From: Eledone cirrhosa
Taxonomy: Eukaryota
Length of the DNA stretch: 64,000 bases
NCBI GenBank assembly: GCA_964016885.1
Contig: OZ024741.1
Location: forward strand, 206,708,001 to 206,772,000
Direction of reading: 5' to 3'
Shown here: positions 1-12,790 of the stretch, piece after piece
How positions within the stretch are numbered: the stretch's first letter is position 1
How the letters are laid out: each line of letters starts with the position of its first letter
Made by a program: the position numbers and the translations under genes
The notes under the pieces: generated by a model
What the model saw: the letters and a program-made list of their open reading frames with translations, nothing else
What the model was told of the DNA's origin: nothing
Database searches by the model: none

Positions 1-122
1 TTAATACCACAAACAAAGACACAACAAACACAAAAATAACATTTGAAAACAACATCATAACAGAAAGCAAAGCAGACGACAGAGTCAACAAGATTTCATT
101 TGCACAAACAACAAAGAAATCT

Positions 123-1685
123 TTGACATATATACCCGAAAATATTTCAGATGTGGCACGAAGAATCACAGACGCCAAACAATACATAAGTGAAGGAGAG
201 AATGGTATTTTATCGGTAAAAATGCCTCAAGAACTCACCAAAGACATTGAAAGTCGAACGGTCGTGTTCCGCACCATCAACAACACTTCAAAAAAACCTG
301 AACAGCCTTCTCAAGCAGATATCAAAACAGTACTCACAGAAGTACTTAATGAAACCACTTTCATAAGAAAAGACAGACTGTATGGGAGCCTAGCAATTAT
401 TATGAAGAACGAATCGGCGGCAAAAAAATGTGCTTTGTCACCGATTCGTTTGAAAAATTTTACCTTTTATCCATCTTATATGGGGAAAAGAACTCAACGC
501 ATATGGCTGGATGCAATGATGCCAGATGTGGACTACTGCTGGCTCATAGCTGGCTTCATCGATCCAGTGAATGACAACGTGATTTCCATTGGGAAAACCA
601 CAGGCAATGCGTTCAGTGGAACAGGTATAGAGCTGGTAGTGCAAATGAAGCCTGAACGCATCGCCCAAATACCCGAGAGAATCCTATTAGAGGGCCACGG
701 GTATATAAACATTAGCGTGGAGGGGAGAAGGCCGTCCTGTCATATCTGTGCAGGCAGAGGGCACCCGAAGGCCGCTTGTCCCCAACTCAACAAAAAGAAA
801 ACCCTGCTACCAACACCAGCTCCACCACCACCACCACAACAGATAAACAAACAACAAAACTCAGTCCTACCCAACCCGTCCCTCAGTAAAACTACACCAC
901 CACCACAACACAAACAGTCACAACACATTACCCCAAAACAAAATACAGGCCCACCCAAACCCTCACTCAATAAAACAACACAACCACCGCAGACACAACA
1001 CACAACACAGTCTAACATAGTGACATCCATCTCCCCCACAAAGAAAACCAACACGGAAACATTACCAGCAAACATACCTCTTCCCTCCAACACTGAAGAT
1101 AACCCAACGAATTCGGAGGAAGAAACGGAGTCCTTCAGACAGATTAAAAGGAAAAAAAGAAAACATGTGCAAAACACACAAGGCCAAACAACCCACACCC
1201 AAATGTCAACACAATCCAACAAAACAGAAAACACCCCTCCAGCAACAAACAAAACCAAACCTGCCCCTCCCCTCTTCGAAACACTCACACCATCCGAAAA
1301 AAAGACATTACACTATACTTACATCAACAGAAACAATAATAAATTAAATGAACTCATAAACAATAATCCTTCGGTACAAACCGAAGGTGTAAACTTTGTT
1401 TCTTCAGAAAACTACCCACATTTAAAATTAATAAAGATCCTAATGAACCTCTACCAAAAACTAAAAAAGGATTTTAAGGAGGACGTAGGACCACCCTCTG
1501 TCAAACCCATAAACCGCGTCCTACTAAAAAGCTTTCCCCCTCCCCTTCCCCTCCCCAACACAACTCCAAACACCCCAACCCCACCACACACTGACGACCC
1601 CACACCACCACAAGACACCCCTTCACCCAACACCCCCGAACCCATGGAAGTCGTGCGACCCGAACCCCGGGAAGCGGAAAGGTAG
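123..1685 (+). CDS. ORF1p (gag-like nucleic-acid-binding protein) of Tx1 copy 1; true start probably upstream of window
   Basis: CHICAGRGHPKAAC zinc knuckle, Pro/Thr-rich tail; homologous to ORF1 fragments at 19596-21504. Confidence 0.85.
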   Translation: MTYIPENISDVARRITDAKQYISEGENGILSVKMPQELTKDIESRTVVFRTINNTSKKPEQPSQADIKTVLTEVLNETTFIRKDRLYGSLAIIMKNESAAKKCALSPIRLKNFTFYPSYMGKRTQRIWLDAMMPDVDYCWLIAGFIDPVNDNVISIGKTTGNAFSGTGIELVVQMKPERIAQIPERILLEGHGYINISVEGRRPSCHICAGRGHPKAACPQLNKKKTLLPTPAPPPPPQQINKQQNSVLPNPSLSKTTPPPQHKQSQHITPKQNTGPPKPSLNKTTQPPQTQHTTQSNIVTSISPTKKTNTETLPANIPLPSNTEDNPTNSEEETESFRQIKRKKRKHVQNTQGQTTHTQMSTQSNKTENTPPATNKTKPAPPLFETLTPSEKKTLHYTYINRNNNKLNELINNNPSVQTEGVNFVSSENYPHLKLIKILMNLYQKLKKDFKEDVGPPSVKPINRVLLKSFPPPLPLPNTTPNTPTPPHTDDPTPPQDTPSPNTPEPMEVVRPEPREAER

Positions 1686-1718
1686 GTCTCTACACTCTCC
1701 TTTGGCTCTGCCGCCCAC

Positions 1719-4700
1719 ATGGATGTGTTAAGAGTAGGATGTTTGAATGCACGTGGCCTGGGCTCAACTTGGAAGCAAGCAAAGCTTCTAAATGACCTCA
1801 GGTCATGTGGTATAAATGTAATGGTTATCTGTGAGACTCGGATCAGCGTCGTGCGGCAGCTGGCCCCCACCTTCGATGACTTTGAGGTGCATGCATCTCT
1901 CTGTCAACCTGGAGGTGGGGGTGGGTTTGTCGTACTGCTGCAAAAACACCTGGGTCTTGCCGTACAGGTTGTGCACTCGGACCCGGAGGGTCGTTTGTTG
2001 GTGCTAGACGTTGGCAGTAGTGAAGGTGCGGCCTTGAGACTGGTCGCCGTTTACTCCCCATTCGGAGCGGAACGGCCCAACTTCTTCCAGCGTTTAGAGA
2101 CTTTTCTGGGAACGTCGCGTTCCCTGCTTCTAGCGGGGGATTGGAATGACATCCTAGATGCACGTTGGGACTATGCAGGAGCATGTCCTAATAGAGGGGG
2201 TGTAACAGCCTCAAGGGGTTACTCGACCGTTTTAACTTGGTCGATAGATATCGACTAGATTTTCCAACTGTGCCTACCTGGACTTGGAGAAACCACAGTG
2301 GTCAATCTAGATCGTACTTAGATAGATTCTTAGTTAGAAGTAAGGATAGGGACATATTAAGCTGTCCAGAAATGCGCACGGTTGGCTACACGGATCACAA
2401 ATTAGTGACCTGCGTAGTCAATCTCGAGAAAACACATAAACAGGGTCCCGGTTACTGGAAACTTAATTTGTCTTTACCGGCAAAAGAGACCTACAGAAAC
2501 CGGATTAGCAGATTAGTTAAGGAGAGGTTGACGGGTGCAATCGTCAACAACCGATGGTGGGCATCTATCAAAAGAGAGATTAAAACAGAATCAATAAGTT
2601 ATAGCAAGATGTTAGCTGCCGATAGGAATAGAAACGAGAAAGAATTAACAGGTAAATTAGAAGAGGCAATCAAGAGCGAAGATGTGGCCAGAGTGCTGGC
2701 ATCGAGGACGGCCTTGAACCAGTTTTTCGATGCAAAGCACGAAGGCTGCGTCATTCGAAGTAAAATACGTGCTCTAGGTAATGAGGGGGCCAAAGCCGTT
2801 GGCTGGGCCCGCGTGACAGAAGCTAAGAGTGGAAATCGATCCACCATCCGGTCGTTGCAAGACGAAGATAGACGGGTGATCCGGGAGCCTAAGCAGATGT
2901 GCGAGGCCTTTCAAAGGCACTTTGCTCGATTGTTCGGGGGAGGCGAGGGTCCGGGCGGGGACGTGGATTTCGGTCCATACCTCGACGGCCTGCCGCGTCT
3001 CTCGAGCGAAGAGGCAGAGTCCTGCGAGGGACCAATCTCGGCTGATGAGATCGGAGATGCGCTGAGCCAATGCAGCAGACGAAAATCTCCAGGTCTCGAT
3101 GGTATACCTTACGAACTTTATTTAGCAATGCCGGTCTTCTTCTCCGAACTCCTCGAAGCGGTCTACTGCAATTGGCAGCAGAACGGGAGAATTCCTTGTT
3201 CTGTAGCCAAGGGCGTAGTCACGCTGGTGAGGAAGGACGAGAACAAGGGAGATAGTATAAATAATTTTCTGCCCATAACCCTGCTAAACACAGAGTTAAA
3301 GATTTTGGCCAAGGTGTTAGCAAAGAGGTTGGCGCTTGTCGTGGGTGGCCTGGTGGGAGATGCGCAGACATGTGCTATCCCATCCAGGTCCATTCACGAT
3401 AACCTCCACCTCATGCGATACATCATAGAGAGGGTTGGCAACAAACCCGGCTTCGGTGGGGCCCTGATCAACTTGGATCAGTCTAAGGCCTTCGATAGGG
3501 TCGACCATGGTTATCTGGATGCGGTGCTAGCGGCGGCTGGGTTCGGTCCTGTTTTCAGAGGCTGGATCACTGCCTTACATAGCAACCACATCTGTTCTAG
3601 GTTCAAGGTGAACGGCTACCTTTCGAAGCCGTTCGAAATCACACGATCCATTCGACAGGGGTGCCCTCTCTCCTCCCTTCTGTACGTATTGACTCTCGAG
3701 CCTTTACTGAGGAAGGTGGAGTTGTTGCAGGGTATCCCCCTGGAACCAGGATTGAGCAAAGCGGTGTCGGCCTACGCCGATGACGTAACAGTAATGGTAT
3801 CGACCGACTCGGAGATCGAGGCGATCGGTACCTTACTGGAGGATTACGAAAGGTTGTCAGGAGCGAAACTGAACCGGGAAAAATCCATCGGGCTGCAACT
3901 CGGAACGTGGAGAGGCAGACCGATGCCTCCCGACGGTGTCGTCGGACACTGGACGGAGGGCCCGGTAAAGTTGCTTGGGGTCTGGTTTGGACCGGACCTC
4001 CAGGTGGAAAATAACTGGAACGAGGTTACGAACAAGGTGTTTGCACTAACCCAGAAGTGGGCCAAGTGTAAGCTGTCCCTAAAAGGCCGCGCGGAGGTGG
4101 CGAAGATTTACATAGCGTCCGTCACTTACTACCGCCCTAAGGAAACACTCACTACCATGGAACGCATGCTCTTCCAATTTCTTTGGAAGAAGCGCCCTCC
4201 TATGGTGAGAAGATCCATCTGCTGCCAACAACCTTCGAAAGGAGGGCTGGGGATGCCGTGGTTGATGATGCGTAGGCACGCATTAAGGCTACGGCACCTA
4301 CAGGTATTCCTCACTGGTCAACCGGTGTGGGCTCCGTTGGTGAAACGAGCCTTTCCGAGACTCGTCTCGCTCACCGAGCTACAGTCCTGGGTCAAGCAAA
4401 GATCCGGAAAACTGGGAGACTGGCACACTGAATGTACTCAGACGCTCAGGGCTCTCTGGCAAGCGGGCCAGGCCATCGGTGGAGAATCCACCTCATCATT
4501 CTATAGAGGGCTGGTGGCTAGCAGGGGCGATGACACCCTTGGAGAGTCGCTGGACATGGAAGAAGACGAACTGGCCAGCCTGTTCGGTAGGACTTTCGGA
4601 CCAGGACCAATGGACAACTTCCAGAAGTCACTAGCCTGGCAGTGCTACCGGGGGCTCTACCCGTTCTCGAGAGGCTCTACAGACACGGGCGCCCGGGCAG

Positions 4701-5136
4701 GGATCCCTCAAAAAAGATTTGCCCTAGATGCGTGCGTCACGAAGAAACCGTTGCGCACGCATTGGTGCAATGTCCGGGCGTGGCTGATCTGTGGGGCTAC
4801 GCCGAACGACTGCTGTCGCGGGTGGCACCGATTCAATTGACCGCCGAGTCCGTGATGACAATCAAACCGCCTCTCCTCTTCACAAAGGAAGCAAAGGCGG
4901 TTTTTCTGTGCGTAATAGCCATGTTGAAAGAGGTTATTTGGTGGACACGATTGAAAGGTCTGAGGTCAGGCAACTTCCTCTCTGGCCATAGTCTGGTCTA
5001 CTTCTTCCGATATCACTTCGGAAGAAGGATAAGAATGGAGAGAGAGGTGCTTGGCCACAGGCAATTTTATGAAAGGTGGGTGATAGTGGCGAGAATGGCT
5101 CGTGTAAATGGGCCTTCTCTGTATACCATCCTGTAG
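1719..5136 (+). pseudogene. ORF2p APE endonuclease + reverse transcriptase + zinc finger, split by two frameshifts (about 2200 and 4654)
   Basis: LNARGL, ICET, GDWN, SYLDR, TDHK (APE); SPGLDG, LDQSKAFDRV, RQGCPLS, AYADD (RT); CPRC..ETVAHALVQC. Confidence 0.92.
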
Positions 5137-5349
5137 GTAAAGAAGTAAAGGAGAGGGGAGCACCTTCTCCATGTGCTCCCGGGCAAAGGATTGCACACTT
5201 TTTCGGGGGTGTGTGCAACCCCCATCACGTCCCCTCCCTTTTGAGGTTATTTTCGATTATTTTCACTTTATACCCTTTTTACTCGATTGTATGTAAACTC
5301 CCCCTTTGTATTTGTCATTTCTTTTTATGCCTTTATGGTAAATAAAGAA

Positions 5350-5433
<84 letters not shown>
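5350..5433 (+). repeat. (TATC)n microsatellite, tail/target of Tx1 copy 1
   Basis: about 20 perfect ATCT units directly after AATAAAGAA. Confidence 0.97.
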
Positions 5434-5448
5434 GTCCATATATAATAA

Positions 5449-6362
5449 AATGGGCGACTAGCACATCGAATGTGCTCAGGCGCTCACAGTCCTCTGGAAA
5501 ACGGACCCGGCGATCAGTGGAGACTCCACTTCGACATTCTATAAAGGGTTGGTCCGCAGCAAGTGCGACGACACGCTCGGAGAAACTCTAGGCGTAGAGG
5601 AGGACGAACTGGCCAGTCTGTTCGGTAGGACCTTCCGCCCGGGACCAATGGACAACTTACAAAAGTCCCTTGCCTGGCAGTGCTACCGAGGAGTTCTACC
5701 AGTTCGAGACAAGCTCTACAGACACGAGCGCCCGGGTAGGAAACCGTCGCACACGCATTTGTACACTGCCCGGGCGTTACCGACCTGTGGGGCTATGTAG
5801 AACGACTATTGTCGCGGGTGGGACCAATCCAGTTGACCACCGAGTCCATTGTCATGATCAAACCGCCACCCTCCTTCAAAAACGAGGGAGAGGCGGTTTT
5901 CCTATGTGTTATGGCTATGGTGAAAGAGGTTATATGGTGGACGAGGTTAAAAGGGCTGAGGTCAGACACCTTTCCCTCCGGCGAACAACTGATTCGTTTT
6001 TTCAAATATCATTTTCGAAGAAGAATCAGGATGGAGAGAGAGGTGCTGTACCCCAGCAAATTTTATAAAAGGTGGCTGAATGTGGCAAAATGGCCCGAGT
6101 GGTTGGGTCTTCTCTCTATATAAGCCTGTAGATTGAGGAAAAAGAGGAAGAGAGGAAGGGAGTACTCACTCTTGGTGCTCCTGGAGATGAGGGTTGTACA
6201 CTTTTTCGGGGTGTGTACAACCCCTGTGTAACACATCCCCCCTATTGGGAATTTCAATTGTTATTTGTTATTTTATTAATAGTTTCATTTTCATATACCT
6301 GTATGTAAACTCCCCATTTGTATTTGTCCCCTTCTTTTGTGCCCTTGTGGCTAATAAAAAAA
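5449..6362 (+). mobile_element. 5'-truncated Tx1 copy 2 (ORF2 C-terminus + 3'UTR)
   Basis: GPMDNLQKSLAWQCYRG and KEVIWWTRLKGLRS match copy 1; AATAAA then degenerate (TATC)n to about 6405. Confidence 0.9.
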
Positions 6363-6439
6363 TTTACCTATGTATCTATCCATCCATCTATCTACCTATC
6401 TATCTTTCTATACTTCTCTCTCACTATTTCTCTCCCCCC

Positions 6440-6511
<72 letters not shown>

Positions 6512-7237
6512 TTGTCCGTCTCTCCATCTATAACTAGCTTTTTCTCGTTTTATACGAGTGTATGAGCTAATGAGGTACTTAAGAGAGATTTACATTTAAA
6601 AAAGAAAAAGTATAAGTAGCTTTTATAGCAAGCTTGGGCACTTTTACCAAACAACAATAATACACGTAACGAAAGTAATAAAAAAACAGGAAAAAATAAC
6701 AATAATAACTATAACAAAAACAAGAAACAAACAACAAAACTACAACTGCAGATTGTAATTATTATTCTTATAAAATAATTAGTAATCACTAAAATAAATT
6801 CTACATTAATAATACAAATCATAGAAAGTAGCATTCATCTGCTAAACATGGCAACCAAATCACTTCCATATTGTATCCTAAATTTTTGAAAATGGTAGGA
6901 CATATTTATTTAATGTAATCGTATATACACAGTGCTTGAGACAAAGATGTAAGAATCCCAACTGAAATATCTCGGATCATAAGTCTAAGAATTAGGGTTG
7001 ATCTAACAATATTAAGGAACTGCAAGCTCAACCTGCTAGAAATTGCCGTTAAATCATGCGCAAGACACACTCTTTAAAAAAGGAAGGCTACGTTTAATAA
7101 TGTGGCTCTAAATATCCTATTTGACAAAAAACAAAACAAAAAAAAAATGGAAAGACAATATAAAACAACTTGTCCCTCAGATTCGGTGCACTACCAACTT
7201 TGGGTATTTATTACCAAATTCAACTTCACTCACTCAC

Positions 7238-7360
<123 letters not shown>

Positions 7361-7377
7361 AGATAGATAGTCAGATG

Positions 7378-7455
7378 TACAGGTAAAATTCCGTTATAAC
7401 GAATACCATTATAACGAGTTTTTCAGTATAACGACTTTTTTTTCAATCCCCGAGG
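7378..7455 (+). mobile_element. solo terminal inverted repeat of a pogo/Tigger-like DNA transposon
   Basis: TA-CAGGTAAAATTCCGTTATAACGAA with TATAACGA repeated three times, as in pogo-type TIRs; no partner end seen. Confidence 0.5.
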
Positions 7456-7554
7456 TAATAAGAAACAAACCTACCGATCATTGCTCAAAGTAATGAATTA
7501 AAAGGCTTAATCACAAACCGATCTTTCACTCTTAGTAAAAGACAATCGAAAAAT

Positions 7555-8004
7555 ATGAAGCAATTACTAACAAAAGCAAACTTTGACCTTAACAACAAAG
7601 ACCAATCATTCACTGTATCTAAATGCAATGATAGTCGATGTGGCACATGTCAATCCATACACACTGGTCAATATATGAACACAAAAACTGGAAAAATATT
7701 CCCAAATGCAAATATGAACTGCAAAAGCAGAAATATAATTTACTGCATTAGATGCCCGAATTGTGAAGAACTATATGTCGGTCAAACTGGAAATGTACTA
7801 TCGGAACGTGCACGGGTGCACCGACAGCAAATCAGAGACCAAAATGTCCGTCAGATACCCCTGAGTAACCATCTAGCAACATGTGGTCAGGGAATATTTA
7901 TAATATTCCCATTCTACAAATTACACAGCCCAAGTGAAATCAAGGGAAAAATAAAAGAAAAGAATTTTATTGATAAATTCAAACCCAAGCTAAATGAACA
8001 ATAA
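7555..8004 (+). pseudogene. GIY-YIG endonuclease C-terminus of a Neptune-type Penelope-like element (5' truncated)
   Basis: CxxxxCxxC linker, IIYCIRCPNCEELYVGQT, R..H, E..FI..F.PKLN; similar to 49949-50382. Confidence 0.85.
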
Positions 8005-8005
8005 T

Positions 8006-8184
8006 TTTTTCTACGTTAGGCACAAGGCCAGCAATTACCCAGTGTTTTACTGGTACTTTATTTTATCGACCCCGTAAGGATGAAAGGCAAAGTTAACCTC
8101 GGCGGGATTTGAACTCAGAATGGCAAGGGCCGTAAATCTATGCGTCAAAGCCTGGCGTCCGACCCTCTACCAATACTGCCAATC
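8006..8184 (-). mobile_element. tRNA-derived SINE family S1 (Deu/Nin-like core)
   Basis: A box TGGCAGTATTGG, B box GAGTTCAAATCC, core GCCTTTCATCCTTACGGGGTCGATAAAAT; TSD GAACAATAAT at 7996-8005 and 8185-8194. Confidence 0.85.
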
Positions 8185-8556
8185 GAACAATAATAATGGT
8201 ATATTACTCCTACTATGACTACGACCATGTCAACTACTACCACTAACAACAACAACAGTAATAATAATGGAAGTGATGTTGATGGTGATGATCACTAGAA
8301 AATGCTATTTTCATCATTTCTAAAAATAGCAAAACAATTGATGCTTTGGATAGGGTCAAATAGCAGTCGTTAGACATGCTCAACCAACCGTGACGCCTAA
8401 ACCAATCAGCTTTAGTAATCCAGTGAAACTACACATCGATTGGTCGAAATACTGTTTGCAGAATCTAGCATTCCGTAGCCGCTTTTCACTGTATATAAGG
8501 CACACAATTTACCCATCTTATTACAGTTGAACATTGCAAACTTGACTGTCACCACA

Positions 8557-8593
8557 GAATATGAAGATTGCGAAAGCATGAAAGTACTTGTTC
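8557..8593 (+). ncRNA. decayed minimal hammerhead ribozyme in the pseudo-LTR downstream of the GIY-YIG ORF
   Basis: aTGAAGA-t-tgc gaaa gca-t-GAAA-gtac-TT; palindromic stem III, first core C mutated. Confidence 0.45.
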
Positions 8594-8741
8594 AATTAAC
8601 ACTTAACATTTAATATTCTACCATACTATTTCATTCTCATACCATTATAAATTTTAAAGGATTGGAAACAAAATGAGTAAATCAGACAAAGTTGGAATTC
8701 CTTTTATTAATATAATCTTCTATATACAATCATACACACCC

Positions 8742-8831
<90 letters not shown>

Positions 8832-8921
8832 TGATAGATTGATAATTATTTCAGAAAGGCAGTACAATGCGGTAGGAATGTATAAAGGACAAAGGATGAC
8901 AAATAAAACAAAACAAATAAT

Positions 8922-9110
8922 TGTTTCTACTTTTTGGCACAAGGCCAGCAATTACCCAGTGCATTAGTGGTACTTTATTTTTTCGACCCCCGTAAGGATG
9001 AAAAGCAAAGTGAACCTCAGCGGGATTTGAACTCAGATCGTTAAGGGACGTAACTATGCTGGAAAGCATGGCATCCGGCCCTCTACCGACACTGCCAATC
9101 CACCACCTAA
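8922..9110 (-). mobile_element. SINE S1 copy
   Basis: same head, core and tail as 8006-8184; TSD AAAACAAATAAT at 8910-8921 and 9114-9125. Confidence 0.85.
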
Positions 9111-9973
9111 AATAAAACAAATAATGTTTTTTACCCAGTATATTTCAACATAATACGTATTTTATCCTTCGTTTTTCTTTTACATCGCTTTTTTTTTGCA
9201 TTTCAAAAGGGGCTGTTAACCTTGAAATATTATATTGAAATATACTGATAAAAAACAAAACTACTTGGCCCATTATATATTTCTACCGGCTTTCTGAAAT
9301 ACTTATCAATAAATTATTACATATCTCACAATGCTAATTCTTTAAGGCTGGAATCACCCCAACATTTGAATCTGTTGATGGAAACCTCTCTGCCTTTGTC
9401 ACGCTTATTCCAGCCTTAAAGAATTATCTTCTAAAGAATTTCCATTTTCTTTAAACCATTGAACCCCACTCATCCTGTAGAAATCTGTCTTACAGGCATT
9501 GTTAGTCTAAGTGATAAACTAGGATCGGTATTCCAAATATGATTTTGTTTACAGTTTTCTTCCTGCCTTTGTTAATACTATAGCTTTAAAGAATTAGCTT
9601 TTAATGAACTCCCTCTTCTTTAAATACTTCAAACAATGACCTTCAGCCATCCCAATCCCCCCTCTCCTATCACCAGAAAAGAAAATATATAGATACCACT
9701 ACTTACTTGGAGAGCTAGCTCCCTGATGATTTTTCACGAATGAAACACTTCTAGTCCTGTAGAAGCTCTTCTATATTAAAACTATATATATATAACTATA
9801 TATATATGAGTGTGTGTGTGTGTTTGTATGTATATATGTAAGATTGTGTATATGTGTGTGTTTGCGTACATATATATATATGGACGAGTAGGTTTCTTGA
9901 AATTTTTGTAATCTATTCTGGTAGAATATATAACTATTTTGTACGTTTAAGTGCTTATGTAAAATAGAGGTTA

Positions 9974-10259
9974 CTAGCAGAATGGCCCGGCGTTGCTCGG
10001 GATTTTCTCTAGGGTTCTTATATATTTTATATATATTTATCCTTATCGAGCCTCGTGAAATAAATACGTTTGTTTATATTTTGTTATTGTGTATGCAAAC
10101 ATATCTGTACACGAATATATAATTATATATATAAATATATATCAAAATAACAGATTAAAGTTTAAGCAAAGAATCGCTGCTTTCACCCTTAACGGGATCT
10201 TCTTAAACTAAAAAAATCAATCTGTGAACGCAGAAGTAAATATTTTGAAAAACGTTACA

Positions 10260-10312
<53 letters not shown>

Positions 10313-10602
10313 TCGTCATAATGTCGTAGTGCAGACAGCCAGACATACAGACAGATATTATAAGGGCGCAACCCTATATCTATGTATCTATCTAAAAAGA
10401 AAGACTAAGAATTATAGAGAGAGATCACTAAAACACCTAATGCGGTCCCTAGGGCATTGACAATTTGAAATATTCTTTGCTCAAAACACTCACAGGACCA
10501 TAAGTATTACATGTGTAAAGTTTGAAAACAATCGGTTGGGTTGTTCTCGAGCTTTAGGGTGTCAGACAGACAGACAGCCATTCTGTGTTTTAGATATATA
10601 GA
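9974..10602 (-). mobile_element. non-autonomous Helitron
   Basis: minus strand starts A|TCTATATATC, has (CTGT)n near the 5' end, ends CCCG-AGCAACGC-CGGG hairpin then CTAG|T; inserted between A and T with no TSD. Confidence 0.82.
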
Positions 10603-10972
10603 TAATTGACGGTAATGTAAACCCATATACAAAACAATTAATTGTGTGGCCTATTAGATGGAAGAAACGTTATTTTCAATGTAATATTTGCTCTATGAGT
10701 CTACTTAAATATTTGAAACAAGGAGATCATACAAGTAAATTTTATATGTAACCTTCTGAGTTTATTTCAATAAAACATATTTTGAGCTGTAAAACCTTCT
10801 ACACCTGCCTTTATCTGTTTTCGTATTTGAAAACAATTTATTCCAAATTATATATGATAGGTTTTTGCAAAGTCTCCATTTACATGCGCCACGCTCTCAG
10901 TAATGGTCAACATCACTTTACTGTAGAAGGTGCAACTTGAATTTGTTTGAGAAATAATTGTCTGAGAAATAA

Positions 10973-11128
10973 TTGTTTCTACTTTTGGCACAAGGCCAGC
11001 AATTATCCCAGTGCATTACTGGTACTTTATTTTATCGACCCCATAAGGCAAAGTTAACCTCGGCAGGATTTGAACTCAGACCGTAAAGGGGCGTAACTTT
11101 ATGCTACAAAGCATGGCGTCCGATCCTC
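10973..11128 (-). mobile_element. SINE S1 copy, 5' truncated
   Basis: tail TGTTTCTACTTTTGGCACAAGGCC, core and B box on the minus strand. Confidence 0.8.
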
Positions 11129-11509
11129 AATACAGATTGGGCCAGGCAAGATTCCTTTTGTTCGTACATTTACTTAATCATAGCTGACTTTATCATGAAG
11201 AACAGCTGCAGCTTCAATATCTATAGCAACAACAACGTTAACAACAAAACAACGACAGCGTCAACAATAACGAAAGGTTAAATTTAAATAAGAATATTTA
11301 GATATTGTGGTGATTTATGGTGATACAGGTCTCAAGGGAAATAAATTGGCTTCCCTACGTTGGATATCACAAAATAAGAATATTGTAGCTATGTTGTTAA
11401 AAGGACGGTGGTAAGATAAATATAATAATATCACTAACAGAGATAATTCTTTTTTTTTTTGCTTTTTGTTTTTGGCGAGGGTTGAAAACAAACACCTACA
11501 TCAGCCCAC

Positions 11510-11765
11510 AAGCAGACACATAAATGCAAATACACATATACACACCACGCATATAATCACACATATGCACACATAGACGCACGCTCACACACACACACAC
11601 ATAAATGCAAATATACATACACACTCCACGCATATAATCACACATATGCACACATAGATGCCCTCACACATACATGCACGCACACACACACTCAGACGCA
11701 CACACACACATATACACTCGCACGCTCACACACTCGCACGCACACACAGATATATATATATAAAC
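11510..11765. repeat. CA-rich low-complexity tract with an approximately 80-bp tandem duplication
   Basis: ACACATAAATGCAAAT...CATATGCACACATAGA occurs twice. Confidence 0.8.
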
Positions 11766-12467
11766 TTTTGTCGAATCTCGTTTCACCTCCGTCGATAGTG
11801 TGCATATATATTTGAGTCTACGTGTGCGTATGTATGTGACTGTTTCCATGTTTGTGTCGGAAAATGTGTATGTTTTTGTGAGCGTGTGTGTGAGTGTGTG
11901 CTTGCGAGTTTGCGTGAACGCATATATGTTTGAGGGATTGTCTGTGTGAGTGTATGAGCGTGCGTTTGTGTTTGTGCTTATGCGACGATCGGTAAATATT
12001 TATTGACTAGTGACTAGTGACATCACGTGATTCTATTAAAAAAAGGAATGGCTCGACCATTCCCAAACATCTGCAAAATAAAAACTTCACTGATCATTTG
12101 AGGTTTAGAAAATTAATATTGACTCCTTCGTGCGTTTAGTTAAAATATATGTAAAATGTATAAATCAGGTAACCAATCTTTTGATAAAATAAGCTCGTTT
12201 CATTGTGATTACGTTTTTAAAACGACAATATTTGAGACATTTTCTCAAGATATTAAGGTTTAACTGGCGGAGATTTCTCATTTATTTCCAGCCAGGCAAA
12301 CTACCTTTGTCTGTTCGTCTCAGTCGACAAATATTTCTGTTTTTACGTCTCATTTTATGAAAAACTGTAATAAACACCCACAGACATATACCCGCACAAA
12401 TTAATCAGAAAAGTATTTGTCAGTATTGGTTCATTCATAAACTTTTTTTAATATTATTTTATGACTT

Positions 12468-12684
12468 AGGGCGATGGATTGGCAGAACCGGTAGAGCGTC
12501 GGACACCATACTTCGCAGCAAAGAGTTACGGCTCTTTATGATCTGAGTTCAAATCTCACCGAGGTCAACTTTGCTTTTCATCCTTACGGAGTCAATAAGA
12601 TAAAGTACCAGTAATGCACTGAGATCGATTTTATAGACTTCCACTCCCTTTTAAATTGCTGGCCTTGTGCCTAAAGTAGAAACA
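12468..12684 (+). mobile_element. full-length SINE S1
   Basis: TGGCAGAACCGG A box, GAGTTCAAATC B box; 17-bp TSD ATATTAT(T/C)TTATGACTT at 12451-12467 and 12685-12701. Confidence 0.88.
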
Positions 12685-12753
12685 ATATTATCTTATGACT
12701 TGAAGAGTAGCAGATTGGCAGAGGTTGTAGAGCGTCGAATAAAATACGATTAC

Positions 12754-12789
<36 letters not shown>

Positions 12790-12790
<1 letters not shown>

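Larger units (their letters stand above)
1..5349 (+). mobile_element. Tx1/L1-clade non-LTR retrotransposon, copy 1 (5' end outside window), near-intact
   Basis: ORF1 with CCHC knuckle, then ORF2 with APE endonuclease, RT and C-terminal zinc finger; 3'UTR, AATAAA at 5341, then (TATC)n tail. Confidence 0.93.

Noticed and set aside
740-1870. Antisense ORFs over Tx1 ORF1 and similar shadow ORFs over the other elements
   Set aside because: By-products of compositional bias on the opposite strand; not conserved between copies
9725-9775. Hammerhead-like CTGATGA...GAAAC...GTC, related to minus-strand sequence at 38840-38880
   Set aside because: Stem II cannot form; at best a decayed pseudo-LTR
12468-12560. 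A/B-box sequences as tRNA genes
   Set aside because: No cloverleaf; they continue into SINE core and tail and are bounded by TSDs
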